Shown: one piece after another, positions 26,603-40,835 of the stretch
Position numbering within the stretch: the first letter of the stretch is position 1
How the letters are laid out: each line of letters begins with the position of its first letter
Notes under the pieces: generated by a model
What the model was told of the DNA's origin: nothing
Database searches by the model: none
Seen by the model: only the letters and a program-made list of their open reading frames with translations
Made by a program: the position numbers and the translations under genes
Source of the DNA: Camelus ferus
Taxonomy: Eukaryota
Assembly (NCBI RefSeq): GCF_009834535.1
Contig: NC_045697.1
Location: forward strand, 34,474,001-34,538,000
DNA length: 64,000 bases
Direction of reading: 5' to 3'

Positions 26603-28526
26603 CTAAATCAAAACAGAAACATTTTTATTAAATTCAATGCATGTATTGATTTGAAATTTCTCACTTGGATAAAAATAAATTTGGGAAATGTTTTCATAGT
26701 AATAGTATATAATAAATACATTGATTTGATTTTTTTTAAAAAAAAAACCATCTCTCCAATACTGACTGTGTTCAACAAATTCAGAGTTTAGGTAGGCAGA
26801 GAGCGAATGGGGGAGTAAAGGAAGAGGTTACTTCAGACTGAGGCCTGCCTTTGATACTAAGTGTAGAAACATCTGACTTAAAATACAGACAATGGTTTTA
26901 TACATCAACACCACTCTAGTTTTTTACAATGTTGGTAATAAACATTAATGGCCTGTATGAAAGAAATTCAAGTAAGTAAACAGAAAAAAGCTGCCAGAAA
27001 TTGATTCTGCTCTTTTTCAAATACATTTAAAAACACAGAGAAAAATTCTTCAGGGGAAAAATTCTTCATGTTTTGAATCAAAATGACTATTTTAGAAAGT
27101 AGAATTGTATTAAAACTGGTTCTAAGAAAGGAAACTAGATGACACGCATTATAAAATGTGAATTTTTAGTCTATTAGTAAGAACTTATTAAACTTTAATA
27201 CATGATAATGTGACATGATACACTAAAACGTGATACTAGTTAACTAAAATATATATGTAATATTCATGCAAGATTCTGTAAATGTTTCTTTAACAGAAGG
27301 AAATATAAACTTCAGTTAACATATCCATGACTTTGCTTATAAACCACTTGGAAAAAGCCTTTGAAAAAGACCTAATCATATTCTTAATTTAATACAAAGT
27401 TGCATTCTTCAATGAAGCAAAATGTCAAAATATTCTCAAGTGGTTGTTGATAAACAACAAAAGGTCAAACTATATTAAAAGCAGCCAAACTTGAGAACCA
27501 CTGACACAGCAGAGAAAACACTGATGCTTTAATAATGACCCATAGTCATCAAGCATAGTTTATATAATGTTCTATATACTCTGTTTTAAAGGTCAGTAAA
27601 TTAGGACCACATTTAAGATTTCTACCCATAGTGCTTTATAAAAAAGGGAAGGAAAGGACACCCTAAACTATTCTTAATAATTTAATCTCCAAGGATTCCA
27701 GTCATTCCTTGTTTTACTGTATTAGCTCTGATAACTTATTTTTCAATTTTAGGTAAATCAATTCTATAGAACCATAAAAATCCAGATGTCATTTTAGCCC
27801 ACCTTTGCTACATGAGTAGTTTCTAATGCATCTTCCCTCAGTTCATGCAAATTTCAATTTCTTCATTCATAAAGGCAGCAGTTTGCATATAATATACCCT
27901 GCTTAATAAGTATAAAGCATCTCAAAATGCAAACTGACGAACAATTACATGTTACTATGAGAAAGTTAAGCCACTCTTTCGAGTATATGATCAATAAATA
28001 CAGTATTTAAACAAACAGGGGGTATCAAGAACATACTTCTTATCTAGGTAATAACAAAGAACAGGTAATTCTGCATTCAAGAATCTAAAGGGGAAATAAG
28101 AGGGTGTATTATTAAAAGAAATGTACTGGTGAGTAAACAGCACTTATTTGCCACAGATAATCTACAACTCAGAAAAAAGCAGACCTCAAATAATTTTAGA
28201 TGAGGGAAGACACACACTCCAGGAGATGCCTTAGAATGGATGCTGCCATGCCCTGCCCTCTGCCCCCTGAACCAGGAGGAGTCACCTCTGGAGAAAGGGT
28301 GAAACTGGCAAGGAAGTAAACTGGGAATATACAAGGCCCCATGCTTCATCAGAGGTTCAGTTTACCTGGACTGAAGTTAAGTGTGGCTAATTTCTGTTTT
28401 ATAGAATTATATTTTCAGTCCAGAATAAAGCTGACCAGACCCTAGTCTGTATGTTTCCATATACCTTGTGTTTGCATAAAAATAATGATGCAAAAAAGAC
28501 ACAAATGGGGTATTTTGTTTAGTTAC

Positions 28527-28580
28527 CTGTTGCCTTCGTTTTTCCTCTTCAAGAGCAGCTTTGGCTTCTGCTTCTTTTAT
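28527..28580 (-). CDS. NFXL1: NFXL1 exon (22 eq.), coiled coil
   Basis: IKEAEAKAALEEEKRRQQ; 54 nt; cag|...|gtaact. Confidence 0.95.
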
Positions 28581-29389
28581 CTGTTTAGACATTTAAAAGT
28601 AAATTAACACTGTAAACATCAAATTTTATATAGAATTTTAACATCTTTCCTCCCAGGCTCCACTAACCTGTAACAACTTTTGGAAACTTCATATTGGAAA
28701 TTATTTAAAGAAACATAAATGTTGTACTGAGAAGTGTTACCAAGGTACTGTCTAACAGACTGGGGGTGAGGGGAGTCAGGGCGTTATACCTTACCTAAAT
28801 ACTTCAGCTTAACAAATTTAACAGATATTAGATCACAATTCAAAGAGTATTATAACATTGTAAACTGAAATACTTTCAAACTGGACTTTTTCTCTTAAGT
28901 CACCACACTAAGACTCTAAAATCAATTCTCAAATACCACTCTTTGCCTAGAGTTGAAATTGATCATTTTCCTAAAATGCCCTATCTGGAAGAGAATCCTT
29001 AGTTTCAAACAAAACCAAGACTTTATTCATTGATTGAGTTGATGGAGGGACACAGTGACACTAGACATAATCCAAACAGCAAAGAGTCACAACATCTTAT
29101 TTTTGTATTATTTTAACCTAATTTTCAGGAGGCTCACACTAACATTAAGAGACACAACTATGTTCCAGAGCATATACACTAACTGGTACAGAGGATGGAT
29201 AAATCTTGCACACACCAGACAATAAGAAGCACACCGAGGATTCAAATAGGCCTATAAATCAGGCTTTTATCACAGAAGCAAAAACAGAAAGAATGAGATT
29301 TTGAGTGATTCATAATAAGCACATAAATTAATGCACAAAATAGAGACAGGCCACTAGCACATTAAAAATGACATTTAACGTGACATTAC

Positions 29390-29476
29390 CTCAGACGCCT
29401 TCCGCTTCATTTCCTTGCACGTTGTGTCACATTCTATGGAAATTTGATTTTCACGTACTTTGCTGCACTGCAATTC
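29390..29476 (-). CDS. NFXL1: NFXL1 exon (21 eq.)
   Basis: [29 protein letters not shown]; 87 nt; tag|...|gtaatg. Confidence 0.95.
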
Positions 29477-29729
29477 CTACAAACAAAATTTTTAAAAATT
29501 TGACTTTAAAAGATTTTCCCTCAAAGTCCTAACTGTATGCCATAAAAAAAGCAAAATTTCTCTAGGAGCTTGAAATCATGCATATTATTTAAGTCATGTT
29601 CATTCATATTTAATGATGATATGGCTGCAAGCGTTAGTGTCACTATCAACTTAACGTGATTTCACTTTTATTCTTTATTTCTCTTTATTGTTTCTTGTTA
29701 TTCTTCTAAAGCTTCCAGGGAATAAATGT

Positions 29730-29962
29730 TCTAGAGTAGTGCCATCCAATACAGCTTTCTGAATGAAAATGTTCTAAATCTGCATGACTCAAACGAGGAG
29801 CACTTACCGCATATGGCCACTGAGCACTGAAAATGTGGCGAGTGAAGTCGACGAACTCAATGTCATCTATTATTTAATAGATGATATAGTTTAATGCTAA
29901 GTCATTAAAATTCTAATTTAAATAGCCATATGTGGTTAGTGGCTACCAACACAGTGCAGTTC
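29730..29962. mobile_element. MER3-like hAT-Charlie MITE
   Basis: gtgccatccaatacag...catatggccactgagcactgaaaatgtggc...agccatatgtggttagtggctacc. Confidence 0.65.
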
Positions 29963-31306
29963 TAAATGGACAGCTACAAATTTTTCTCTCAACCATTTAA
30001 CCTTTTAAAAAAAAGTTCAGATGAAAATCATTCTAAAGCTTATAGCTGCACTTCACTGCCTCCTTAACGAAACAAAAACTAATCACTCTTTTCTTGATGA
30101 CGTGACATTAACACGATGATCAATTTGTGTACTATTCTGTAATAAAATAAATGGTCCTTATTTTAAAGTCTTCGACTTTGCTTTTGTAGATCTTTCATCT
30201 ACCTTTTATTCATTCCATCTTTCTTGCTGCCAGATGTCACTTTTGCTATAAATGTACCTACTTGTATCAATTGCTCCTTCCTCACAACACCCTCAGACAC
30301 CAGTTTTTTTGTTCAAATCTACTAGAGTAAGGAAATGAGATCAAATCCTATGAAGTACAGAATTTCATTACCTAGAAGGTTTCCCCCCTTTAGTCCTTTA
30401 TTTTTGGCTGAGGTGGGTGATAAATACAATCTTGTCCTCCAAGGATAGTCCAGACAAATGAAAAATAACATGGACAAACATTAGAGACAAAAATAAATAC
30501 TCTGTGTTTGTGGATGTTAAGTCTATAAGCCTGGAAGAAGGATCATATCTTTTCTCATTCAAAAGGTACTTACAAGAGTACCTATGACATGCCAAGCACT
30601 GTGTCAGGGTCAGGGGGACACAATAAGGAAATAAAACAGTATGGTAAGTGCTAAACCAATAATAATAATAGCAGCTACTATTTACTAAACATGACGTGAG
30701 AATTCAGAGAGGCTCTTCCTTCATAAGTTTTGCTGAAAGGTATGCAGTCTGTTTCCAATCGTTACTTTTTGCCCTTTTACTCCTCTATTATCACCATTTT
30801 ACCTTAAAATGAATTCTTTCCAAGTTTGAATGTTATTTTTAATTTTATAAGGCTGTGTGCATGTGAGGTCTCTTTAAGGAAACATTTTCACAACATAATA
30901 CTGATGGCAAAAACTTTTATAAATAAAAGCAACAAAAGTTAATCCTGACCATCTCTTACATGATGAAACTTACTTTATTACTCACATTGTGCTCCTTGTA
31001 TGAAGACCTCAAATCTAGAACACATTGACTCTACCCAAAAAAGGGCACTTAACTTGATTTCAATATAAAATAATCCTCTTCTACTATTAAATTGCAAAAA
31101 ACTAAACTGCCCTCAAAAAGCTGATTTTTAAAAGATGCAATTACAGAAATAGGCCAATAATAGTAAGATTCTAAGAAATAAGACCTTAAAATTAAAAGGC
31201 AAAAAATAAAGCCAAAGAACTATCAAAACACAGACAAAAAAAAATCAAAACAAAAAATAACAAAAATGTACACAGCAAGGAATTTTCAATAACTTAAAAT
31301 ATTTAC

Positions 31307-31411
31307 CTTTTTTATTCTTTTACAAGGACATCTAAGTTTCACCTTCTGGTTACAATTAAAGGGACATGCACCAGGATGGCACATTTCTTTGCATCGATGA
31401 CCACAAGGAAG
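31307..31411 (-). CDS. NFXL1: NFXL1 exon (20 eq.)
   Basis: [35 protein letters not shown]; 105 nt; tag|...|gtaaat. Confidence 0.95.
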
Positions 31412-33969
31412 CTAAAATAAAACAATTACATATTTATATTTTAGCCATACTCTACCTCCTCTTCCTGTCAACTATTTTAAGAGTCCATCACAAAACAGCC
31501 AATCAATCCTGGATAATTAGCTAATTTTTTAACTTTTTTCTTTTAGATATAAATTACCTTAATTCCCAGAAATGTTAAATATTTTCCCCCGGTCCACTCC
31601 AGGAGTACATCTTACGTCACCCTTGAGGCTAGTTATAGCCACGTGACTAAGTTCCGGCCAATGGACTGTAAGCATAAATGTTTCCGTGTCTTAAAGCTTT
31701 TCAAGAGCACATATCCATGTTCTACCCTCCCCAGTGTTCTGGAAATGAGGACATCCTGAGCAACAGCAGAAGCCGTGTGTCAGAGAGAGCAGAGCTGCCC
31801 TGCTAACTTGGGCCCCTGGATCAATACACGGAGCGCAGTGACACATCTACCTCCCCTGTCCTGCTACGCAGAGAAAGAAAGAAAACTTCCTTGTCCTTAA
31901 GTAGGTTTTTAAAAATTTATTTTTATTGAAGTACAGTCAGTTTACAATGTTGTATCAGCACTGTTTTGTGATACAACTGCTTAGGCTTTTACTCTACAAG
32001 GCTTGCCACTATATATTAAAACGTACTAAATAGGCAGCCAAACCAATTCAGTAACTGCCATGATGATGTCTACGCGCTACTTGACTAGCTTCTTATCCTA
32101 GTCAAACTTTCAGGTGAAATGGTCTTTCCTTCTTTCTATTCAAACCTTATCCAAATTTCAAAACACAGCTTAAATCACCATAAAAGCATGATACGAGTTT
32201 GCCTACATTTGAATAGTAACAGTAACAGTATAAGAAATCCATAAATCTATTTCTAAACTGCTATGACATTGCTTGGATTAGCTTGAACTTAAAAAAAAAA
32301 TTAAGCACTTCATATATTTCTGTGTCTCCAACCAGAATGTAAATAAAAGAGAGCCATTGGTTAGTGGTTAAATTCCAAAGTCAGACTGCCTGGAACTGAA
32401 TCCCAGATTCCCTGTCGACTAGCTGTGTCTGGGGCCTTGGGGCAAGCAAGCCACCTGACTTTTCTGTGCTTCACATGTAAAACTGGGAAGAGTAATAGAG
32501 CTTCATAAAGCTGCTGTGAGGATTAAATGTACTTAATATATTTAGCTATTATAATGAAAGTTATTATTCTAAGTTAGTTAAGAGCAATGATCTTATATTT
32601 CTTTGTGTCTCATATTCATTAACAAAGATAACTTAAAAACAGTGGACACCTCAATAAACACTTAAATTCTCAAATTCTGATCTTTATGACTCACCAGATT
32701 GATCCTTCAAATTATTGACTCTACCCTCTTTAAGAAATTCAGAATCCTCTTCTACTGTCTTTCATCTCTCTCTAGTATGCAACTTGGTTTCTTGTTCTTT
32801 AATTTTTAGCTGAGACATTCATACCAAAACTAAATTTGGATCACACTGTGCATTTTCACTAATCCTACCACAGGACAGTGCTGCCAGAATGAGCTCCACA
32901 CTAGCCATTCCTGGGCCACTTCAGTTTTGTTTTTCTCTGCACCTAATACCAGGCCCTCAACACTGCTTAATAAGCTCAATATTCATTCATTATCAAGTAA
33001 CTTGCCTCAAAGTGGTTGTTTCGAGTGTTCCTTCACTTCCCTCTCCCCTTCATCCCTGCCAGTGTCTCTAGCCTGACTTCATAGACACAACAAACATTTG
33101 GCATTAGCTCTCCACCTATCCCTTCTTCCCCTCAAAATAAGTCTCTTAATCTGGGAGGGAATTACATCAGTAATCTTCTCTACTTTAACTTTAAATCAAC
33201 GATTCTGAAGTGGAAAGTGAATAGGGAAGCATATCAGAATCAATAAGGGAAGATCTGTTTGACATTACCCAGAATCATAGCCACAGTGTGACCTCTTACT
33301 GATCAGTATTCTGTCTCTTCCATGTCTTGGGGCTGACGAAAGGCAAAGAATCTTCCGTCTAGATGTTACATCTGTCTGCCTCCTAAAAGACTTCATGCTG
33401 ACTCTTCACAATTTCAGCAACATCTTGAAAACCTCTCTTTTCTCTGGCTCGGTCTTCTGACCTCAAAATGTATCTCTTTTCTCTAATCCTTCATTTGATC
33501 CTGTCATCTCATCTAATAATTATTCCATGAATCTCCTTGCTTTTCACATCCAGTGTTGGGAGAAGTTATAGAAGACATAAATTGGGACTGCCTGATTTAC
33601 CACAACGCCCCCAGGAGCGATGGCCACGGGTAAGCTACCTGCGCTAGCTTCCTGTCTGTTGCTGCCTATGCCAAGGGAGGCCCTGATCCCAAAGTGAGCC
33701 AGATTCCCTCTCCCGATCATCGGAAAACGTGAAAGGGAGAGGTGGTGGTTTGAACAGAGTCATCTCACTCAGAGCCCCCCAAGCTCCTGCTGCCAAGCCC
33801 CCTGGGGCTGTCCAGATACTGCCCTTCCCAAAATTTGGCTGAACAGCATTTCCTTTGTAATCTGTGAACTTGTCCCCCAATACCCTCCAAATACATCTTC
33901 TTCTTGCAATAAGTGAGCCAAACTTATTTCTGCAGACTGCAAGGAGGAGAACTGAAACTCATCCAGAAG

Positions 33970-34765
33970 TATGCTGTGCTCATATCCAACATATGTCCCA
34001 CAGGCAAAGCAACGCTATTAATCCCGAAAAGGTATTCAGACTCACTAGAAATCAGGGAAATGTAAATTAAAATCATGAGATGTCATAAGATGGGCAAAAA
34101 TTAAAAATTTTGACTAACACCAAGTATTGGCAAGGATATGAAACAAAAGGAAGTGTAAAATACTGACAGTAAACGGGAAAATTGATTGCTTATAAATTGT
34201 ATAACTATTTTGGAAATCAATATGACTTTAAGTTGAAATTATACATTCCCTATGGCCAAGCAATTGTAGTACAAGAGAAGTCTATGCACACAATACCAGA
34301 ATGTGCAAACAAGAATGTTCATAGCCATACTCTTGATACCAACTCAAATATCTACCTACAGTAAAACAAATAAACTACAGTACACTCATACAATGGAATA
34401 CAGCCACATGCAATACAAACGATAAATAAAACGTAGAGCAAACAAAGCAAGTCACAAAAGTTCATAATTTTGAAATTTTAATAGAAGATCAGGCAAACAA
34501 CATTGTTTCCAGATACACATAGACTTATTAAAAACTAAAAATAAAAGCAAGGAAATAATCATTATAAAAGGCAGATGGTAGTAACATACAGAATGGAGGG
34601 AGGGAGCTACAGTCTGGGAACTCTGGTAGACTTCTGAAATGCAGCAATGCTCTATTTTTTGACCTAGGTGGAGTTATATGGTGTTCACTTTTTAACTCTT
34701 TGTTAAACTATACATATATGTGTTATGTCCGTTTGAGTATGTAATGATTTCATTATTTACAAAAT
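33970..34765 (+). mobile_element. Ancient L1 (L1ME-like) 3' end
   Basis: ctcactagaaatcagggaaatgtaaattaaaatcatgaga...ccaagtattggcaaggatatg...tttttgacctaggtggagttatatgg. Confidence 0.7.
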
Positions 34766-35817
34766 CAAATCACGTGACCACTTCCCTGTTAGACGTGCAA
34801 GCACGTATTATCATAAAAGCCAAGTTATATTCTGAAAGAGCTGAAAAGTTGATTAGAATGTATAACATAAAATGACTGTATCTTCATTACAGATTTCACA
34901 GTAAAAACTAGAGGTTTTTCTAAAATATCCAACTCTGATATTCATTTAAAGATGAGATATCCTACCCTTACCACTCAAAAGTGCGATGGTTTTCTTCTAG
35001 TCTGCTCAGCCCTTAATGTCATTCTGCTAGCACTCTGGAAAGCCATAGCAAATGACTTACCAATAACCAATACTGTCTAGTATAAAATGTTCCATTTCAT
35101 TCCAATAACTTTAAAAGCTCTCTTTAAAAATAATTAAGGAAAACTTGCCAAAAAAAACTTTTTGTGGATAAATACCCATACCACCGTCACCACAGCTAGC
35201 ACATCTATATCACCTACCATATACAAAGACCTTTACATGTTATTAACTCAATATTCAGCACTCTGGAGTATTATTATTGCCCCATTATACATGAACAATT
35301 TGAGTTACAGAGATATTCGTTTGCCCAAGTAAAAAGCAGAAGAGCTTACATGGGAAAGATAAAACCAAATTCAGAAACAATTTTTAAAAATTGTATATGT
35401 GGGGCACAGTTTAAATAAAGGTGTAGTTCTTAATATCTTTATATTTTCTTTTAGTTCAATTCAGATCTAACTGAACAGTCCAGTAAACTGCATGGAGTGT
35501 GTATCAGAGAAGCAGTGGAGCTGGAAGGTCACCCTATGCCAGTCCCACAGTTCACTCTTATACTCACATTCAATACACATTTACCAACTACCTAGTAAGT
35601 ACAACCAGGGAACCAGGGACTGGATACAAAGACAAATATGACATAGCCCATGCCCACAAGAAACCCATAGTATGGAAAAGGGAGGAGAAAGCAAACAGGA
35701 ATTTATCAGTACCTCAATACTTGTCATAATCCCCTACCTTACCTCTGAGTATAAAATATTTATAGTAGATTCAAAGAGACATAGTTCTTGGTTGATCCAA
35801 TGTATGACTTGATTCTA

Positions 35818-36013
35818 CAGCCTATTGGTTCTCAAAGTGTGGTGCCAGATCAATAGTATCACCATTACATATGAGTTTACTAGAAATGCAGATTCCTAGG
35901 CCCCCACTTCGGAACTCATAAAATCAGAAACTCTGGGGTAGGGGCCCATTAATCTGTTTTAACAAGCCCTCGAAGAGATTCTGATACACATTAGAATTAG
36001 AAAACCACTGCTG
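35818..36013. mobile_element. MER5A hAT-Charlie MITE
   Basis: tggttctcaaagtgtggt...tagaaatgcagattcctaggcccc...aatctgttttaacaagccctc...gaaaaccactg. Confidence 0.8.
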
Positions 36014-37129
36014 TAGTCTTATCAATGTCAACAGACCATAAACTGGAATAAATTAGACACAATAACATTCACCTGCCACCCTCAGGCTGTTCTAAACTAT
36101 AAGGGCCATCTAGATTGTTCCCAACCCAAGGATATATTTTTCAAGAAAGCCCAACAAGACTCTAGCAATAGCAGGGGCTCCAGAGTGGACTAGAGTCCAA
36201 AAAATTATGAACATGGAAAAGAAATTTTTAAATAAACAGGGCCCACTCATTTAGTCCCACCAAATGTCAAAAAGTATCACAAATGAATGATAGCCAAGGT
36301 TATGCTAAATTGCAAATTAGTTATCCTAAATGAAATTTTATTTCTAGCAGCAATTTCATACCAAGTTGCTTGTGTCAGAATTAAAAACAAAACAAAACAA
36401 AAAAAACTCTCAACTATCTATTATCTGGAATTTGAATTTAGACAGAAAAAAATTTTATTTTAACATGAGGAAAACTCAAAATTTGAAGAATTCAGAACAT
36501 TCAATTTTAAGTATCCCATGCCTCTAGTTCCACATATAACAAAGAAAGGATTATTAAAATAATCATTTTCTGCTTGAAATGTCTCCCTGTTTATAATCTT
36601 TTTTAAATTTTTCAATTCCCAAGTTCAATTTCCACTAGTTCTTAAACAGGAATCCATAAAAAGTGTCCAAAGGTTTAAAATTAAAAGGAAATACTGTCAA
36701 CAAAAAGGCATATATCATACACTGACGTCTGTTTTAATTTACTCAGAGACTGACCACTATACTTAAGACTTAGTTGTCATCTCGTCCTGACTCTAAACAG
36801 GATAGGAAGCGCTTACATAAGTGCATAAAGACAAAGAGGTAAAAGAAAAGAAGTGCTACTAGTACGTCTACAAGTCAAATGATTCCTTTATAAATGTCCA
36901 CTCAAATTAAACAAATATCACTGCTTCCTCCAACAACAAAAGGAAAGGAGCACCTTCACTTTTAAATAGAACAAATATAGCTAAACTACCCTAGTTTCTC
37001 AAATTATTGCCAGGATAAATCACCAGTGAGTTTTTACCTTCTGACCCTGAACAATCTTTCTGAACCACTTTTGATAATTTTAGTTTGAATACAATGCATA
37101 TACAAGCATCAGAATCTTTAAAAACAGAC

Positions 37130-37270
37130 AGGAGGTATAGCTTAGTGGTAGAGCTCATGCTTAGCGTGGAGTAGGACCTGGGTTCAATCTCCAGTACCGC
37201 CACTTTAAATGAATGAATGAATCAATCAATCTAATTACCCCCCACAAAATAAATGAATAAATAAATAATA
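37130..37270 (+). mobile_element. Vic-1-type SINE
   Basis: ggaggtatagcttagtggtagagc...gggttcaatctccagtacc, then ctaattacccccc and an A-rich tail. Confidence 0.85.
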
Positions 37271-37687
37271 ATCTTTTTAAAAAAATTTATATATGAAGGT
37301 TTATAATAATTAATTCAAGATAATAATGAGCTTTAAAGTTTATACATACACACAGACATACCTGTTTTTTCTACTGTGGGTCTACTATCTAACTGCACAT
37401 GACCCACACAGTTATTAATCTACTTTTATTTTAAGGGAGAGGAGTAAACATTAAGTCAATACTCAGTGTATAAAGTATATAAGCTATCTTTAAAACTGCT
37501 TTAAAAAGAAATCTTCAAATGGTCACTCCTAGTCCTAATATCCTCAAATTTCATCTACCCCAACCATACGTTTTTATAGACATCAGTCACGTTTCTTGAC
37601 CTGACACAGGATGATCTAACAAGAAAGAGAAAACCCAAGAGGAACAATGCCTAAAAACATAACTTAGAAGGTTCTTGGGAAGCTTAC

Positions 37688-37757
37688 CTCTTTAGGACAC
37701 TGATTTTTGCAGCAACTGAGGAGGTTCTTTTCATTTACATCAGCTGTGGTTATTTTT
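37688..37757 (-). CDS. NFXL1: NFXL1 exon (19 eq.)
   Basis: (R)[23 protein letters not shown]; 70 nt; tag|...|gtaagc. Confidence 0.95.
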
Positions 37758-40406
37758 CTAAAAAGATGAGAGGAAGTTTTGATGACATTCAAACCAAAGT
37801 CCATTTTATAACATGGTTTATCTAAAAATAACTCACAATTTCAAACATATCCATAAAATTACCTTATATACTTCATTTTTAAAGGAAATGTTTTGATTGT
37901 ATCTCATCTATAACATCCTCAAATTGCTTAATTGTTCTGATAACTCAAACTTTGTAGCCCTTTATCTTTTACCAACAAATCAAATGTCACAATGGCAATA
38001 ACTTCAAAAAGAAAGTAGAAAACAGGCACAAAATATCATCTGTGCCTGGCCTCTCTTCAGTAGTTCCTGCTAGTACCTTTCCCTGTATCATTGCTCATAA
38101 CAGAAATTCTTCCTAAAGCTTCCACATAAAGGATTTTAAACTAATGGTTCAGTATATTACTTAAAAGCTGACCCAGAGAAATGCTCACCCAGGTTTATTT
38201 CTAAAGAACAGGGGGGAAAAAATGTTACTTCAAATTGAGTTTAGGCTGTTCAGTGGGAAAAGCAGTAAGCTTATCAGAAAAATTTTTTTCAGTTGTTTTT
38301 GGATTAAGCTATCCATTAATGTTAGAAATTGATTCTTTTTATATTAGAGCATTTAAAGCAGTCTGTGCTTTTATGTCTCATTCAGTGGGTAATTTAGAAA
38401 AAGTCACAAACACCAAGGAATAACACCACTTTCTAATAAAGAGTTGAACAGAACCACAGTAAACACCACATGAGTCAGTAACTAGCAACAATCTAAAAAT
38501 CCCTATCGTATGCTTCTCACTTTTCTCTTCCCCGTTGTCTTTCTTCTCCTTTCCTTTATTCTTTCTTTTCCTGTCCCTGCACTAGACCAAAGTGCCAAAA
38601 CATACCATAAGTTTAGCCTCCACTGTCAAAATTATAATCTTAAGTATTTATATCAAATTAGGGAAAAATGTATTCTAACAGACAATTTTCTTGGCAAAAT
38701 TTCATTTAATAACAACAGTAAGTTTTTATACTGACTTTTATATGGAAGTTTTATAATTTCATTCTTACAAATATGGTGCTCACCTCTGAACTTAAGAGTT
38801 AATAACATTTTGTTCCTGTTACTATATAATTAAAAATAAGTTAGCTTTTCAAGGCCTCTTTTATACCTAATTTCTATAGAAGAAAGTACAAGAAGTAGAA
38901 AACAACTAAAAGGAAATCTTGACTTATGTAATTACTCACTGAATTGAAAGTAAATGAAATTATCAGAACAAATACTGAGACTGAAGAATTCTGCATAAAA
39001 ACAGAGATTTTAAATATGCATTCAAGAAAAAGAAAAAGGAACTCTGGTTAGCTGTGGTAATAGAAGCCATCTCAATCCAAACATATTCACACATTTCACC
39101 CCAAATACATCCAGCTCAAATCCCATGCCCTGAGCAAAACCATTCCACAAACTTCAAATTATCTGTAGAAAGAAAAAAAAAAAAACTAATTCCTAGCAGA
39201 GCTATTTCTCAAGCTCCCATAGCAAGTCTTTTCAGAGAGCTTAGCAGAGTTCTGGAAAAACTGAGCAGAAAAGAGAAGAGGGGGACTGAGCAAACACACC
39301 AGAAAGAAAAAGTCCACCCTAAAAGTAAAAATACTGAAAAAGTCTTGGTAGATCAGAAAACTAACTAAAGAGAAGAGACTTGAAAAAGTGCGCAAGAATC
39401 AGTCAGTGTTGGAAAGGCAACACTCTGGAAGAAGGTAAAAAGGGAAGGTGCCCCTTGGAAACAACAAACGAAAAAAGAAGCAAGAGGGTGAGATTCAGAA
39501 TCCTAGAAGATCAAAGAAAACCCCTTCTCATCAGTTTCATCCATTAATAAAGCAAAATTATCTTAACTCTCCATACAAAACTGCTAAAACTAAAAACTAA
39601 TATTTTATTTTTTAAATTTCAACAAAATAATTTTAATACTTAAAAAGAATAAAATTGGATTTTCCAATTTAAAGCATGAGTCTAGAGTATAAGCAACAAA
39701 AACAAATCTAATATTAATAGGCATTTTTCAAACAGTATTTATGCTCAAAAAAATCAGAAATAAAGTCATCTTCCCAAATTTAATTTGAGTAAAATAAACT
39801 TACAAAAAGCCCACTTTATAGACTTATGAAATGGAGCTGAGCAAGTTAGGTTAATTATTTAAGATCATGATTAAACAGAAAAAAAATGGAACTTTTTTTC
39901 CCTTTACTTAATCCACAAGCAAAAATTTGCATTTCTAGGCAAGGTAAATGTAGAAGTCATATCCTAGTACGATAAATGTCATTAACAGCAATACTTGTAA
40001 TAAACAAAAACCTATCTTTAAAATCCATAATTTAAAAACTGTGCAGAAGTAACTATGTGCAAGTCAACTTGATCCAACAAAATTCTAGTTGACACTGTTA
40101 TTTGAACAACCTGCTATAGGAGTGCTTCACCTATTTTTTCAACTTTTTTCCTAACAAAATCTTATACAGAATCCCCAAATGGAAAAACACAGAATTGCCC
40201 CGGTTGAAATCAGGGTAAAGTTTCTAGAAGGTGAAATACTCTCCATTTCTTCCTTCCAGATCTCTATCGAAAGATCTAGGTCTCTAGAGTCTGAGGACCA
40301 CACTGAAAAACATTCCTTAAAGTCTTCCACACAGGGTTCTGAATTATAAAAAGATACCAGGTAAAATAATTTTACTAAAACAAGAATATTTCCTCAGTCC
40401 ACTTAC

Positions 40407-40573
40407 CTGCACTCCACATAAAGACTTGTGATCTTGCAGTGACATTTTATTCTAAGCATCTGAACACAAGGAGGACATTCTCCAGGGTGACACGGCAAAA
40501 CACACGGATGAGGACAACCTGGCGGCCGTGACTTAGAGCACCCTTCCTCACACTGAAGGCATTCTGGGCCAGC
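40407..40573 (-). CDS. NFXL1: NFXL1 exon (18 eq.)
   Basis: [55 protein letters not shown](R); 167 nt; cag|...|gtaagt. Confidence 0.95.
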
Positions 40574-40712
40574 CTGGTAAGTACCAAGGAAATACATCAT
40601 CTAAACACAGAAGTCTAACATTTCTATAGTTTATAGTTTTATAGTTAAAGTTATAAAATTTATATACCTTATTAAAAGAAAGTACAACTGCAGCTCTTAG
40701 AAATACTGTTAA

Positions 40713-40835
40713 AGAGCGGAGGGTAGAGCTCAAATGGCAGAGTACATGCCTAACATGCAGAAGGTCATGGGTTCAAGCCCCAGTACCTCCTCTAAAAATA
40801 AAATCTACCTACCTCGCCCAACAACAACAACAAAA
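40713..40835 (+). mobile_element. Vic-1-type SINE
   Basis: gagggtagagctcaaatggcagag...gggttcaagccccagtacctcc. TSD AAATAC(T/A)GTTAA at 40701-40712 and 40836-40847. Confidence 0.85.
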